From contig NC_042998.1 in assembly GCF_006345805.1 (NCBI RefSeq), positions 184,140,001 through 184,204,000 on the forward strand: 64,000 bases of DNA. The letters are read 5' to 3'. This document shows positions 13,605 to 24,699 of this stretch, one piece after another (the stretch's first letter is position 1; each line of letters starts with the position of its first letter). The stretch is from Octopus sinensis (taxonomy: Eukaryota). The notes below the pieces were generated by a model. The model was given only the letters and a program-made list of their open reading frames with translations. It did no database searches and was not told where the DNA came from. Position numbers and translations under genes: made by a program.

Positions 13605-13984
13605 ACCCAGAAATCGAAAACAGAGAGTTGCTTATTTGCAAAAAAAAAAAAAAAAAAAAAGAAATATAAAATGTGACTTCATTGACCGAGGTTACCGTGG
13701 TCTTTTCCGTAGGCTTTTCTTTCCACGGGTAAACCTCACCTGTCCTCCCCTTTACACTTCATATTGACATTTCTGTGATAACGATCCCTATTGATCTTTT
13801 TTTTTCCTCTCCCCCTTTTTTTTTAACCCCCCTTTTTTTGTCCTCTTTCTCTCCTTTTACGATCCCTTTTGATCGAACCTCCCCCTTCCTTTTTTTTTTT
13901 TTTTTTTTTTTAAACCTTCAAAAGAAAAGCTCTACCTTGTAATTTGTTCTATCTGTGTGCAGCCCTGTGTGGCTAATAAAGAAA

Positions 13985-14064
13985 CATATCTATCTATCTA
14001 TCTATCTATATATCTATCTATATATCTATCTATCTATCTATCTGTCTATCTATCTATCTGTCAA

Positions 14065-14095
<31 letters not shown>

Positions 14096-14196
14096 GCCTG
14101 TCTGCCTGTCTGTCTGTCTGCCTACCTGCCTGCTTGTCTGTCTGTCTATCTGTCCGTCTACCTGTCTGTCTATACGTATGTATGTATGTATGTATG
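13985..14196. repeat. (TATC)n grading into (TGTC)n and (TATG)n
   Basis: Direct inspection; directly follows the Tx1-like 3' end. Confidence 0.9.
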
Positions 14197-14922
14197 TATC
14201 AGTGATTCTCTCTCCAATGCCCAGTCTCTTTTACAATCTCTTGAACAAGCCTCAAATTGTGTAGGTCTTTACCTCAATGAGGCCAAAACTGAATACATAA
14301 ACAAGTGCCTGTCCAACAGTGATTGCATCATCCATACTCTCAACAGTGCACCTTTAAATATGGTTTCTTGGGTCATACATATCATCATCTGGAAAAGACT
14401 TTCTAACTAGAAAGGGTATGGCCTGGTCAGCCTGTAATGACATGCATAAGATCTGGTCATCAAATCTAAGTAGAGACTTCAAACTTGAAATATTCAAAGC
14501 CACAGTCGAACCAATCCTACTATATGGCTCAGAAACCTGGACGTTATCAAAGAAGCTTGAGAGGCGGTTGGATGGAACCTACACTCGCCTCCTTATGAGA
14601 GCTCAAAATCTCTCGTGGAGGCACCATCCAACTAAAATGCAAATATATGGGAAATTACCACCTGTGTCATCTCTTGTGAAAGGTAGGAGAGTCCAGTTTG
14701 CTGGACATTGTTGTAGAGCTGAAAAAGAAGTAATTTCTACTCTTCTCCTCTGGAAGCCATCTACTCGCAACACCAGAGGGCGCACACTCTCCTACCCTGA
14801 TGTAATCTCCAGGGATACAGGCATCCAGCAACAGGACCTCCGTAATGCTATGATGGACCGTGAAGTCTGGCGCAACATAGTAAATTCCATTGTCTCGACC
14901 ACGGTCGAACAATGATGATGAT
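14197..14922 (+). mobile_element. Second RTE-family LINE, 5'-truncated 3' end
   Basis: [11 protein letters not shown] (post-YADD RT), PILLYGSETWTL, QFAGHC, RGRTLSYPD; ORF stop at 14913-14915 runs straight into a (TGA)n tail. Confidence 0.85.
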
Positions 14923-16589
14923 GTATGTATGTATGTATGTATGTATGTATGTATGTATGTATGTATGTATGTATGTGTGTATGTGTGGATGTATGCAGTG
15001 GGCTTCTTTCAGGATTCTGTCTACCAAAACCACTCACAGGGCCTTAGTTGGCTCAGGGCCATAATAGGAGACTCTTATACAAGGTGCCATGTAGTGGGAC
15101 TGAACCAGAGAGATCACATGGCTGGAAAGTAAGTTTCTTAACTACACAGCCATTTCCTTACCTATATGGATCCATATATTCCTATTGCTGTTGCTTAATC
15201 TGTGATCAGCCCTGGCTAAGCAGATTTGTGTTCAAAGGCTTTTCCATCTGTAACTGTCTAATCCCTTAATTCAAACTTAGTGTATCAGGACAATCTTGTC
15301 ATCTATTGTGTATTTCATGGTTTTGATTTCAGAGATGTTTCACTGTTATTTCTTGCAGATTACAAAAGCTCCCTCATGGTCTCATAAGAGGATACACTTT
15401 TATAGTTTTATGACTTGTTGAAACAAATATGTCCCTAATGCTTGGAATTCTTCCAAAGTCTGTGGTGGTTCTTAGTTTGCCATCATTAGTTGGCAGTAAT
15501 AACTGCAAGATCTTAAAACAACTTTTGCTCTTGTTAATTAAAGAGATTCTAGTCTTTTGATAAAAAATGGTATTCTTGTGAACTCTGAATAAATTGACAA
15601 TGTGGGCTATGAAAGTAGTATGCCTGTAATACTATAAAGGTGAACCATGTTAGCAATAAAAGAATAAGGGGGAGTGGGATAAGAGTAGAGTGCCAGACTA
15701 CATGGTTTTGTGTAACCGGTTTAATTTTTCCATGTTCTCAGTTCGAATCATGAGTTAACTATGCTCTTCAGTCATCTGCGGTCAATAAAATGATTTTCTT
15801 TTTAACATTTTAGTCTGAGGAGATCGGCAGTGCTTATCGCCTCTCCCATTTCTAGAAATGTACTTGGAATAACTAAATTGACTATACCCCTTAGCTACAA
15901 ATTTGTGGCCTTGAGCCAAATATATAAATCAATAACACCAATATAGAAGGTATACCTGTTAGTACAGTATAGATGGAGAATATTGGCAATGAATGAAGAA
16001 TAAAACTGTATTGACTTCAAATGTCAATAGAATTCTGTATGATTGAACTAAAGAATTTCCTACTTCAGTTATTTCATGATTCAATCAGAGAGGGTTTTAC
16101 AAAGCATCTCTGTATAAGTACTTTGGGGGAAAGATTGTAAGATAACTTTATAATAAATGAGGCAAATGTTTCATGTTTTTTGTTTTTGCTATGACTTTTT
16201 TGGAGTGAGTACCATTTGAAAGGGGACTCACAAATAGTTTTTTTTAGGCCATGATATTAATTCTCTAAATATGAAATTATTTGTATAGAAGAAGAGAATT
16301 TTGTAATATTATTCTTCTTAGATGTCTTGCAAACAACTTGCACGTGCAAGCGCTACCAGTTAAAAGCTCCGTATACCGGAAGCTAGCAAGTGTATGGGGT
16401 CATCAGGAGAGAATGCACGCCGTTTCAGGGCCTACCTCTCGACGGCATCAATGCGCACCAGCCCCCCCCTCACTGATATGAGGCCCCGCTTGCTAGATCA
16501 GCTGGTTATGAAGAACTCAATATACTTCTAGCCATCGCTCATCGTTTGAAACTTTAATTTCAGGTAGAAATAACTGAGTGTAAACCATT

Positions 16590-16838
16590 TAAAGTAAAGT
16601 AAAGTTACCTTGTTGAGTTGGCCATAAAGGCTGGTTTCCCGGTTTCCATGTCATATATATTCCCCACCTGGATGGGATACCAGTCCATCACAGGATTACT
16701 CATTTTTGCCAGTTGAGTGGACTGGAGCAATGTGAAATGAAGTGCTTCGCTCAAGAGCACAACCTGGTTCAGATATCGAAACCACAATCTTACAATTGTG
16801 AGTTCAATGCCCTAACCACTAAGCCATATGCCTCCACA
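16590..16838 (-). mobile_element. tRNA-headed SINE with CORE-like segment and (ACTTT)n tail
   Basis: Minus strand reads tggcttagtggttagggc (A box), gtggtttcgat (B box), ctcttgagcgaagcacttc (CORE-like), and ends actttacttt. Confidence 0.65.
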
Positions 16839-17672
16839 AGTGTAAACCATTTATGAAGAATGGGATCTGTTTTTAAAGTATAGTATAGAGAAGATATTTA
16901 AAGATATTGTCCCCACTTCTATTTAAGATTTTCAGATAGAAGTAATGGTCTCCCTTAAATACCTCATAAAATTTTAGCCAGCAGCAGTTCTTGTTATGTC
17001 TAATCTAATAAAGTCCTTTGATTGCCATTAGTTCATAACAAGAGAAACTTTCAATACTATCAAAACAAATGTTGTTTGAAGCATAACTAGATCACATAAC
17101 TTCCAGTACTGCATTTATATAGCTTTATGAAAAAGAGGAAACTAAAAGAAACTCAAAGCAAATATAAGAGAGGAGAAATTGTTCAAAGTCCTAGAAAATA
17201 AGAACCAAAGAAGAGTTCCATTAATCTATAGAATATATATGAGGGGAATTTGTTAACTTAATGTTGATTGAATAAATAACTTCATTTATTCAATTTTCAG
17301 TTCAAAGAATATTACCCCAGGCAATACTGACAAAATGTTTTGATTTGTTTCAGTCATGGTTAATAGCTGGGATAAATGAGACACTGGATATAAAGTAAAA
17401 AAGCAGAATGTATCTTTTTCTTTTAGATTTCATTGTAAAATGTGTTCATGCCATTTAAAGATTAACACAAATATTGGCATATGGCACCAAGAATTATATA
17501 AACCTTGTCAGAATTATAACAATTGCTGAAGCTGGTGCTTATCTCTAGTTGTCATAGCATTAGACAGATGAAAGACAAATTTCCCAATAAAGAGTTTACT
17601 GTTCAAATACGGATAGAATTTATGGCAGAGGACCAAACTTGTTAATGGGAACTTGTTAAAGGGAACTAGAAG

Positions 17673-18275
17673 AAGGCAGCAAGCTGGCAGAAACGTTAGC
17701 ATGCCAGGCGAAATGCTTAGCGGTATTTCATCTGCCGTTACATTCTAAGTTCAAATCCCGCCTAGGTCGACTTTGCCTTTCATCCTTTTGGGGTCGATAA
17801 ATTAAGTACCAGTTACGCACTGGGGTCGATGTAATCGACTTAATCCCTTTATCTGTCCTTGTTTGTCCCCTCTATGATTAGCCTCTTGTGGGCAGTAAAG
17901 AAATAGGTATTTCGTCTGCCGTTACGTTCTGAGTTCAAATTCTGCCGAGGTCGACTTTGCCTTTCATCCTTTTGCGTTCGATAAATTAAGTACCAATTAC
18001 GCACTGGGGTCGATGTAATTCACTTAACCCGTTTGTCTGTCCTTGTTTGTCCTCTCTATGTTTAGCCCCTTGTGGGTAGTAAAGAAATAGGTATTTCATC
18101 TGCCGTTACGTTCTGAGTTCAAATTCCGCCGAGGTCGACTTTACCTTTCATCCTTTCGGGGTCGATAAATTAAGTACCAGTTACGCACTGGGGTCGATGT
18201 AATTGACTTAATCCCTTTGTCTGTCCTTGTTTGTCCCCTCTGTGTTTTTAGCCCCTTGTGGGCAATAAAGAAATA
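17673..18275 (+). mobile_element. tRNA-headed SINE (type-A tail) as a head-to-tail array: one head plus three ~184-bp bodies
   Basis: Head aaggcagcaagctggcagaaacgttagc; units start ggtatttc at 17722, 17906 and 18090, each ending aaagaaata; B box gagttcaaat. Confidence 0.9.
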
Positions 18276-18574
18276 AGAAGAAACATCTTTCTGTACAATC
18301 AGCAACTCAACCTGAAATTGGAGACAGGAACACCTATATCATAGTTAAAGCATTTGAGCTTGCATGTTCTTTAGTGATGCATGCTTCTTGCTTTGTAGTT
18401 GGCTGTGTTTCTTAACAATAATAACTTTGTGATAAAATCAAATGGGTATCAATTTGTCATATTGGAAGACTTAGGCAAGTAGAGTAAAGATGGCCCTGGA
18501 ATTATCATCTGTTTCAGTATTGTGTTGCTTTTTCTGCTGTATATCGTCACCATTGTTAGTATTCGTTCTTTCTT

Positions 18575-18867
18575 TTATTTTCTACTTGTTTCATTCATTG
18601 GACTGCAGCCACCTTGAAGGGTTCAGTTGAACAAATCAACCCCAGTAATTATTTTAGATAAAGCTTGGTACTTATTCTATTAGTCACTTTTATTGAACCA
18701 CAAATTTACAGGGATACAAACAAACCAGCACTGGTTATCAAGAAGTGATGCGGGACAACCCCATGCACAAAGACACAAACACATAGATATGTACATATGC
18801 ACACACACACACACACACAGATACACACACACAGGCCTTCTTCCAGTTTCCATCTACCAAATCTACA

Positions 18868-18899
<32 letters not shown>

Positions 18900-19065
18900 T
18901 AACAGCCTTCTTTCAGTTTTTGTCTATCAAATCCACTCACAATACTTTGATCTGCTCAAGGCTATAGTAGAAGACATTTGCCCAAAGTTCCATTCAGTGA
19001 GACTGAACCCAGAACCATGTGGCTGGGAAGCAAACATCTTACCACTCTGTCATGCTAGTGCCTAT
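18575..19065 (-). mobile_element. Older copy of the CORE-type SINE with internal microsatellite
   Basis: Degenerate match to 31454-31869 and 60765-61185. Confidence 0.7.
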
Positions 19066-19694
19066 CAGCCATACCAGAACCTTTATAATAGGCATATTTT
19101 TTTTAAAGTGGTGATCACCAAAATCAAGTAAGTTCAAAGAAACAAGGCTTTTATAATAGAATCCTTATAAAATCCACAGAACACAATGCTTGTGGCCAAT
19201 AATTGGGATCTGTTTTGTGATGAGAGACTTTTGTTATAATCCATTTGAGATGGAAAAATAATTATTTTCTTAACCAGTACTACATGGTGAACTTTCAAAG
19301 GATAAGTAATTGTTTGAGGCTTAAGCATTTGTCTATATAACAAAAGCCTTTCCTATTAAATGCAGTCAACTTGGTATAAAGCAGAAATAATGGACGGCTG
19401 TAATTTCATTAATCATAAATTCCCTAATGAGCTTTCAAAATTTGATTTATCAGTTAGATTTTTGAGAGGAATCAAGTTGATAAAAGACAATAAGAGTTTG
19501 ACTAATGAAGAGTTCATGGGAATTATCTTGATGATGTGGTATATCTTTGACCCTCTCAATGATGTGGTATATTTGAACCTCTCAAATATTGTTTTTTTAT
19601 AAGAACACATGATATAATTATGTAAAGCTGTCTCCTTGGATGTTATTATTTCATTTACACTCACCAGATTAAACTGTTGGAAAAAATTTTTAAC

Positions 19695-21682
19695 ACCAGG
19701 TTACAAGTAACCTTAAATGCCAAGAACCATACTAGCTGTCCCTAATAATATTGTTTTCTGGAACTGCACTAAACTAAGTTATATGCCTTTTTCCTCTACC
19801 CTTCTGTTCAAATCTTTAAGAATAGTCCTTAATGTGCCAGTAACTACAGGGGTGCATTTTATGCACACTTTCCATCGCCTCTGTAACTCAAGGGCTAGAT
19901 CCTTGTACTTTACTATTTTCTCTATATCTCTCATATTGACTCTCTCATCATTTGGGACTGTGAAGTCAATTATCTGGCACTTTCTATTCTTTGTGTCTAC
20001 TACTACTAAATCAGGCCTTCTTGCTTCTATTAATTGATTAGTCTGATTGTTAAAATCCCACAACATCTTATATTTCTTTCTTTCTAGTACTTTACCAGGT
20101 TCATGTTTGTGACACTTATCAGTATGGTTAAACCCTAGTTCCTATATAATTCCCTTTCTACAAACCTCCCTAGGTTGTCATATCTTTTATTGTATTCTTT
20201 TTGTGTTAGCATATTACATTCATTAACTATATGGGTCACACTTTGTTCCTTTTATTTACATAACCTACATTGGGGATCTACCTGATATTTGTTTATCTTG
20301 GCTTTTATCCAGTTAGTCCTCAATGCCTGATCTTCCACTGCTACCTTTCTGCAACCACAACCATATCTCATCATTACTATTTTCTGAAGCTATCTTTGGA
20401 AATCTTTTCTTGCCTTCTCAAGCCTTCTCTTGCTAGTCAGATAATCTTGCATCTTTTTTTCTGATTTTTAACTACATTTGGCTCTTTGGTTCCCTTATCT
20501 CCTACTGTTATATAGCCTCCTACATAGGAGGCTATATCTACTCTAGCTAACTCCACACAGTCTTCTACTAATATTAAACCCCTACCACCTTTCTTTCTAG
20601 GTAAATACAATCTTGCTTGCTACTCCTGCTCTAAGATGAAGTTCTGCATTCATATTGAATTTTTTCCTAGTTTTACTAATACATCCTAGTTTTACTAATT
20701 TACTAATTCAGATTTTGTCCAATTGACAAAAGCTGCTGGATGTCTGAGTAACAATACTGCCCAAGTATTTACAGCCTTCCTTAGATTCAAACCATTTATA
20801 AATACGAAATGTATAAATGTGATAAATAAAATAATATCCTCCAAAAGAATCTTTCTAGAAACTTTTTTACTTCAGGCTTTAGAGAAATGATGTTTCATTT
20901 TTGTTACAATTACATCAAAATTGGGGAATTTTGATGCCAGAGAAATTTGGATACAGTCTTTGGGGTCCAGTTGATTACTCTGCTTTGTGGAAAATACTTG
21001 TTTGCTAAGGTAGATTGTTGCAAAAGACAGCAACTACTTGACTGCCTCTTCATGCCAGAAGAAAAATTTCTGTCATAACAAGGAACCTGTATTTTTATAT
21101 AATTTTACTTATGTCTAATGAGTCCTCATTACCCACAAGAATTTCATTCCACCCCACCCACCCCACTTTGGGTAATTTACCCTGCTTCACTGACCCTTGT
21201 GGTAACTGAATGCCTTCACTGCTGACTACCTGTAACTTTATGACTAATATTGCACACTAATCTACACTAAATTCCATGCTTATATCTTTGCTGAAGAGTA
21301 TTAGAGATTTTATAAAAGAATCTAACTCCTTTTTATTCTTACTAAAAAGCTTCAGATCATCCATGTAGAATAAATGGTTAATTCTTTTTATCCCTATCTC
21401 TAAACTGATACTCTGCCTTTGCCTTTCTTTATACTAAGCTGAGAGGGATTACGCATAACACAAAATATTAAAGGGGATAAAGAGTCTTTCAGGAAAATTC
21501 CTCTCTTGATATTAACTTCCCCTAAAGCTGTATCACCTGAGTGAAGATCTACCTTCCATTTCTTCATGCTTATTGCTAATTAAATCTCTTATGTTGTCTG
21601 CAATACTGAATATACTCAAACATTCACTTATCCATGTATGTGGAATCATGTCATAGGCTTTCTTATAATCTATCCACATTGC
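19695..21682 (-). mobile_element. R4/Dong-like non-LTR retrotransposon relic (RT, CCHC, restriction-like endonuclease)
   Basis: Hand translation of minus strand: WIDYKKAYD, RGIF..DSLSPL, HLFYMDDLKL (YMDD near 21354-21368), RLYLPRKKGGRG, CRLCK...HIVNEC, RRPDLVVVD...IIDFTVP...KYKDL (ORF 19779-20066). Contains stops and frameshifts. Confidence 0.85.
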
Positions 21683-21704
21683 TGTTGTTGTTGTCATCCT
21701 CATT

Positions 21705-22150
21705 AAGATGGCAAGCTGGCTGAATTGTTAGCACACCAGGTGAAATGTTTTTTGGCATTTCATCTGTCTGCACATTCTGAGTTCAAATGTTGCTGAGATT
21801 GACTTTGCCTTTGATCTTTAAGTACCAATAAAACTCTGAGGTTGATGTAATCAACTAGTCCCCTCCCACAAAATTTCAGGCCTTGTACCTTTAGTAAAAA
21901 GGGTTATTATTATTGTTGTTCTTATTATTCAATTGTCTAAGGCAGTTAGCAGGCAGAATTGTTAGCACACTGGACAAAGTGCATTAATGATATTTCATCT
22001 GTTTTTATGTTCTGAGTTCAAATTCTGCCAAGGTCAACTTTGCCTTTTATCCTTATGGGGTCAATAAAATAAATACCAGTTGATCACTAGGATCAATGTA
22101 ATTGGCTTACCCCAACTCCACAAATTTTAGGCCCTTTACCAATAGTAGAA
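21705..22150 (+). mobile_element. Two adjacent degenerate tRNA-headed SINEs with the type-B tail
   Basis: Heads ggcaagctggctgaattgttagc and gcaggcagaattgttagc; central ctttgcctttt...ggggtcaataaa; tails aaaatttcaggccttgtacc and aaattttaggcccttta. Confidence 0.7.
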
Positions 22151-23200
22151 AGAACTATCATTCAATTGTCTTATTTTTATTGTCTGCTTTCATTGTACTA
22201 CTATGCACAGCTCTCTGTGCTTATGAGATGTGCAGTATTTTGTTTTGTTTTTGTTATTTTTATTGTATTAAAAGTACCCTACATAATATGTGTACAATGC
22301 CTAGCAGAACTATTTTTTGCATTTCATGCATATTTGTCGGTCCTGGGGTTTTGGTTATGTACTTTTCTGCATATTTTTTTTTAAATCATTTCCAAAGCAT
22401 GTACTATTATAGGAAATGTTTCCATTTTCAGGAACCAAATTTAGGTTATCTCTATTTTAAGATCTTTAGATTTTGATAGTTTTTCCATTACTTTTAGAGA
22501 TACATGGGAACTGTTGGGGCTGATATGTGGATTAGAGGCACATTTTCTCCCGGTTGTCTTCAACAACAGTATCTGGTCAATTAGCCTTGATCTCTCAGTC
22601 TATGTGTTGTAGTATAGCCCAGATTATGGTTGCTATGCCATTCTCAGAGACCTTTTCAATATACTTATATCATCTCGTTTCTATTGGTATTTCATTGTGC
22701 TGGTACAATTTCAAAGTTACCTGATCTGTCATGCCAATGTAAGTAATCTTTCTTACCTAAGACCGAGCTGCCAGAAATAAAGTGGTTCTTTTTTTTTTTT
22801 TTTTTTTACCCACATCTCAATATATTCTGCAATGACTACTGTATTCTGTTCCATAATATGATTTTGCTGGCTTGGGATGGGTAGTTGTTGATCCTGTGTT
22901 GCAATCAACTATCTTTCACTCTCTGATAGAATCTACATTTCTCAGTCAATGTTGTAACTTTTCTTTGTATATTTCCAATCTTCAACATTTTCAAGCATTG
23001 GCTTTGTAGAGGCTTTTCTTGCCATTACTTTATCATGGCAATCAGTTGCCTGAATCTTACCATATTTTAGTTGGTTCACGATTTCTCATCTGTCTCTTCT
23101 TCTTTCTGTTTTTTTTTTCTTTTTTGTAGCTATCTGCTAATTCAGCATCCTTTTTTATTTTGGTATTTGCCAGCTTGTAGAAAGAAAACAGTTTTTTTCA
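22150..23200 (-). mobile_element. Second, divergent R4/Dong-like 3' fragment
   Basis: Minus strand: LIATQDQQL, EIKAN*PDTVVED (RLE motif), KDLKIEIT*IW, MQKIVLLGIVHIL. Heavily decayed. Confidence 0.65.
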
Positions 23201-24699
23201 TTTCTGTTTTATTGTATTAATTTTCTATTGTTGCTGCTGCTGCTGTTGTTGTTGTTGTTGTTGTTGTAAAAAAATAATAGGATTGTAAAAGAATATTCTA
23301 AGCTTAAATGATGCGAAATCTGGGTAATGTAATTATGTAATTAATTCTTCTAATTCTCATTCACAAACATGCGTTTTTCTTCAGAAAATTCTGTATTTCT
23401 TGTACCCCAAAATAACAACCAATTAAACACTGCAGGGACAGACAGACAATTCAGTTTCTAATATATTAGTATTCTTCCATTTTGATATATTGATTTTTAG
23501 AAAGTCTACAATTTCAGAGTAATTCTTATGACAAATTATGAATTGCATTTTGCTGTATTCAGTTCAGATTTCTGTACAAACCACGGAGTTATCATACATA
23601 TATCAGCTGTTGAATGATATGAAATCCATTAATAGTACTTTAAAAGTACTTCTGTCTTTAAAAATTATAGTTGATGAAAAATATATAGTTATAACAAGCA
23701 TTCTAAATATGAAATGTGGTTTAGTTTCCTACAGTTACATTTTTCAAGACATGCAGTGCTGTCTAATTCAGTTTGAGGTCATAAGGTTTAATTCTAATAT
23801 TTCCTGAAGCCATTTTTAAATGATCATCAGTTTCATGTGAATGCGTCGTTATCTACGAAACATTTATTGATTTTACTTTAAAGGATGTGTAAAGACATTT
23901 ATTAATCAAATGCTAATCCGACTGTAACAAGGAACGATAATTTGATTGTCATATTTTCTGTCATATCTCACCATTACAAAGAAAATCTAAGCTTCTTGAT
24001 ATCCTGCTATCATTTTCTTTCCTATCTGGCTTCAGATAATGTACCAAATTCTATATTTGTCAAAATTGCCACAAGAAACAGTGCAAATGAGATTTTCATC
24101 TACAATTATTGATTTTTGACATAGCCACAAGGAATCAAATTTTAGAAGAGAACATAGTCAATTAGAATCAATCCCAATTTCCTACTGGTACTTTTTATTT
24201 TAAACTCCCATGCCCATCCCACCTCAGAAGGATGAAAAGCAAGGCTGACTTTAGTGCGATTTGGATTCAGATGCAAGGGATGTGACAAAATATGTCATGA
24301 TGCAAGCATGAGAAGCAGATGTAAAATGATGATGATGATGATGATGTCACTGCCACTGCCATTGCCACCACTGCCACTGCCACCACTGCCACTGCCACCA
24401 CTGCCACTGCCACTCCCAGTAATGATATTTTGTCTGATTTTTGCCAATCCACCAAATATATTGTCTTATATTATTACAAGAGATTATCTATTGTAACTCT
24501 TATCCATTTTCACATCTTTTCTTTGTTGATAACGAGTCATATTATTGGTACTTATTTTAGATATCCAGATTATTAATGTAATTTATTTTATGGATCCCAG
24601 TGTAGAGTAGAAGAAAGTACCAATGATGTGGATTTGTTTAAGGTGGACCTTGACTTGCCAGGAAGTGACCTTACACACTTAATTCTATGACCTTCCTCT

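Larger units (their letters stand above)
7917..13984 (+). mobile_element. Apparently full-length L1/Tx1-group non-LTR retrotransposon (5' UTR, ORF1, ORF2, ~380-nt pyrimidine-rich 3' UTR)
   Basis: Two tandem ORFs with zinc knuckle, APE, RT and C-terminal Zn motif; WKLN linker motif; ends at aataaagaaa with no poly(A); (TATC)n on both sides. Confidence 0.9.

Noticed and set aside
16281-16481. 66-aa ORF and possible exon after ttcttcttag at 16321
   Set aside because: All three forward frames stop before any convincing donor; kept only as a non-coding structured island.
17673-17760. tRNA-like A and B boxes in SINE heads (also 35835 and 16838)
   Set aside because: No cloverleaf could be built and the sequence continues into repeat bodies, so these are SINE promoters, not tRNA genes.
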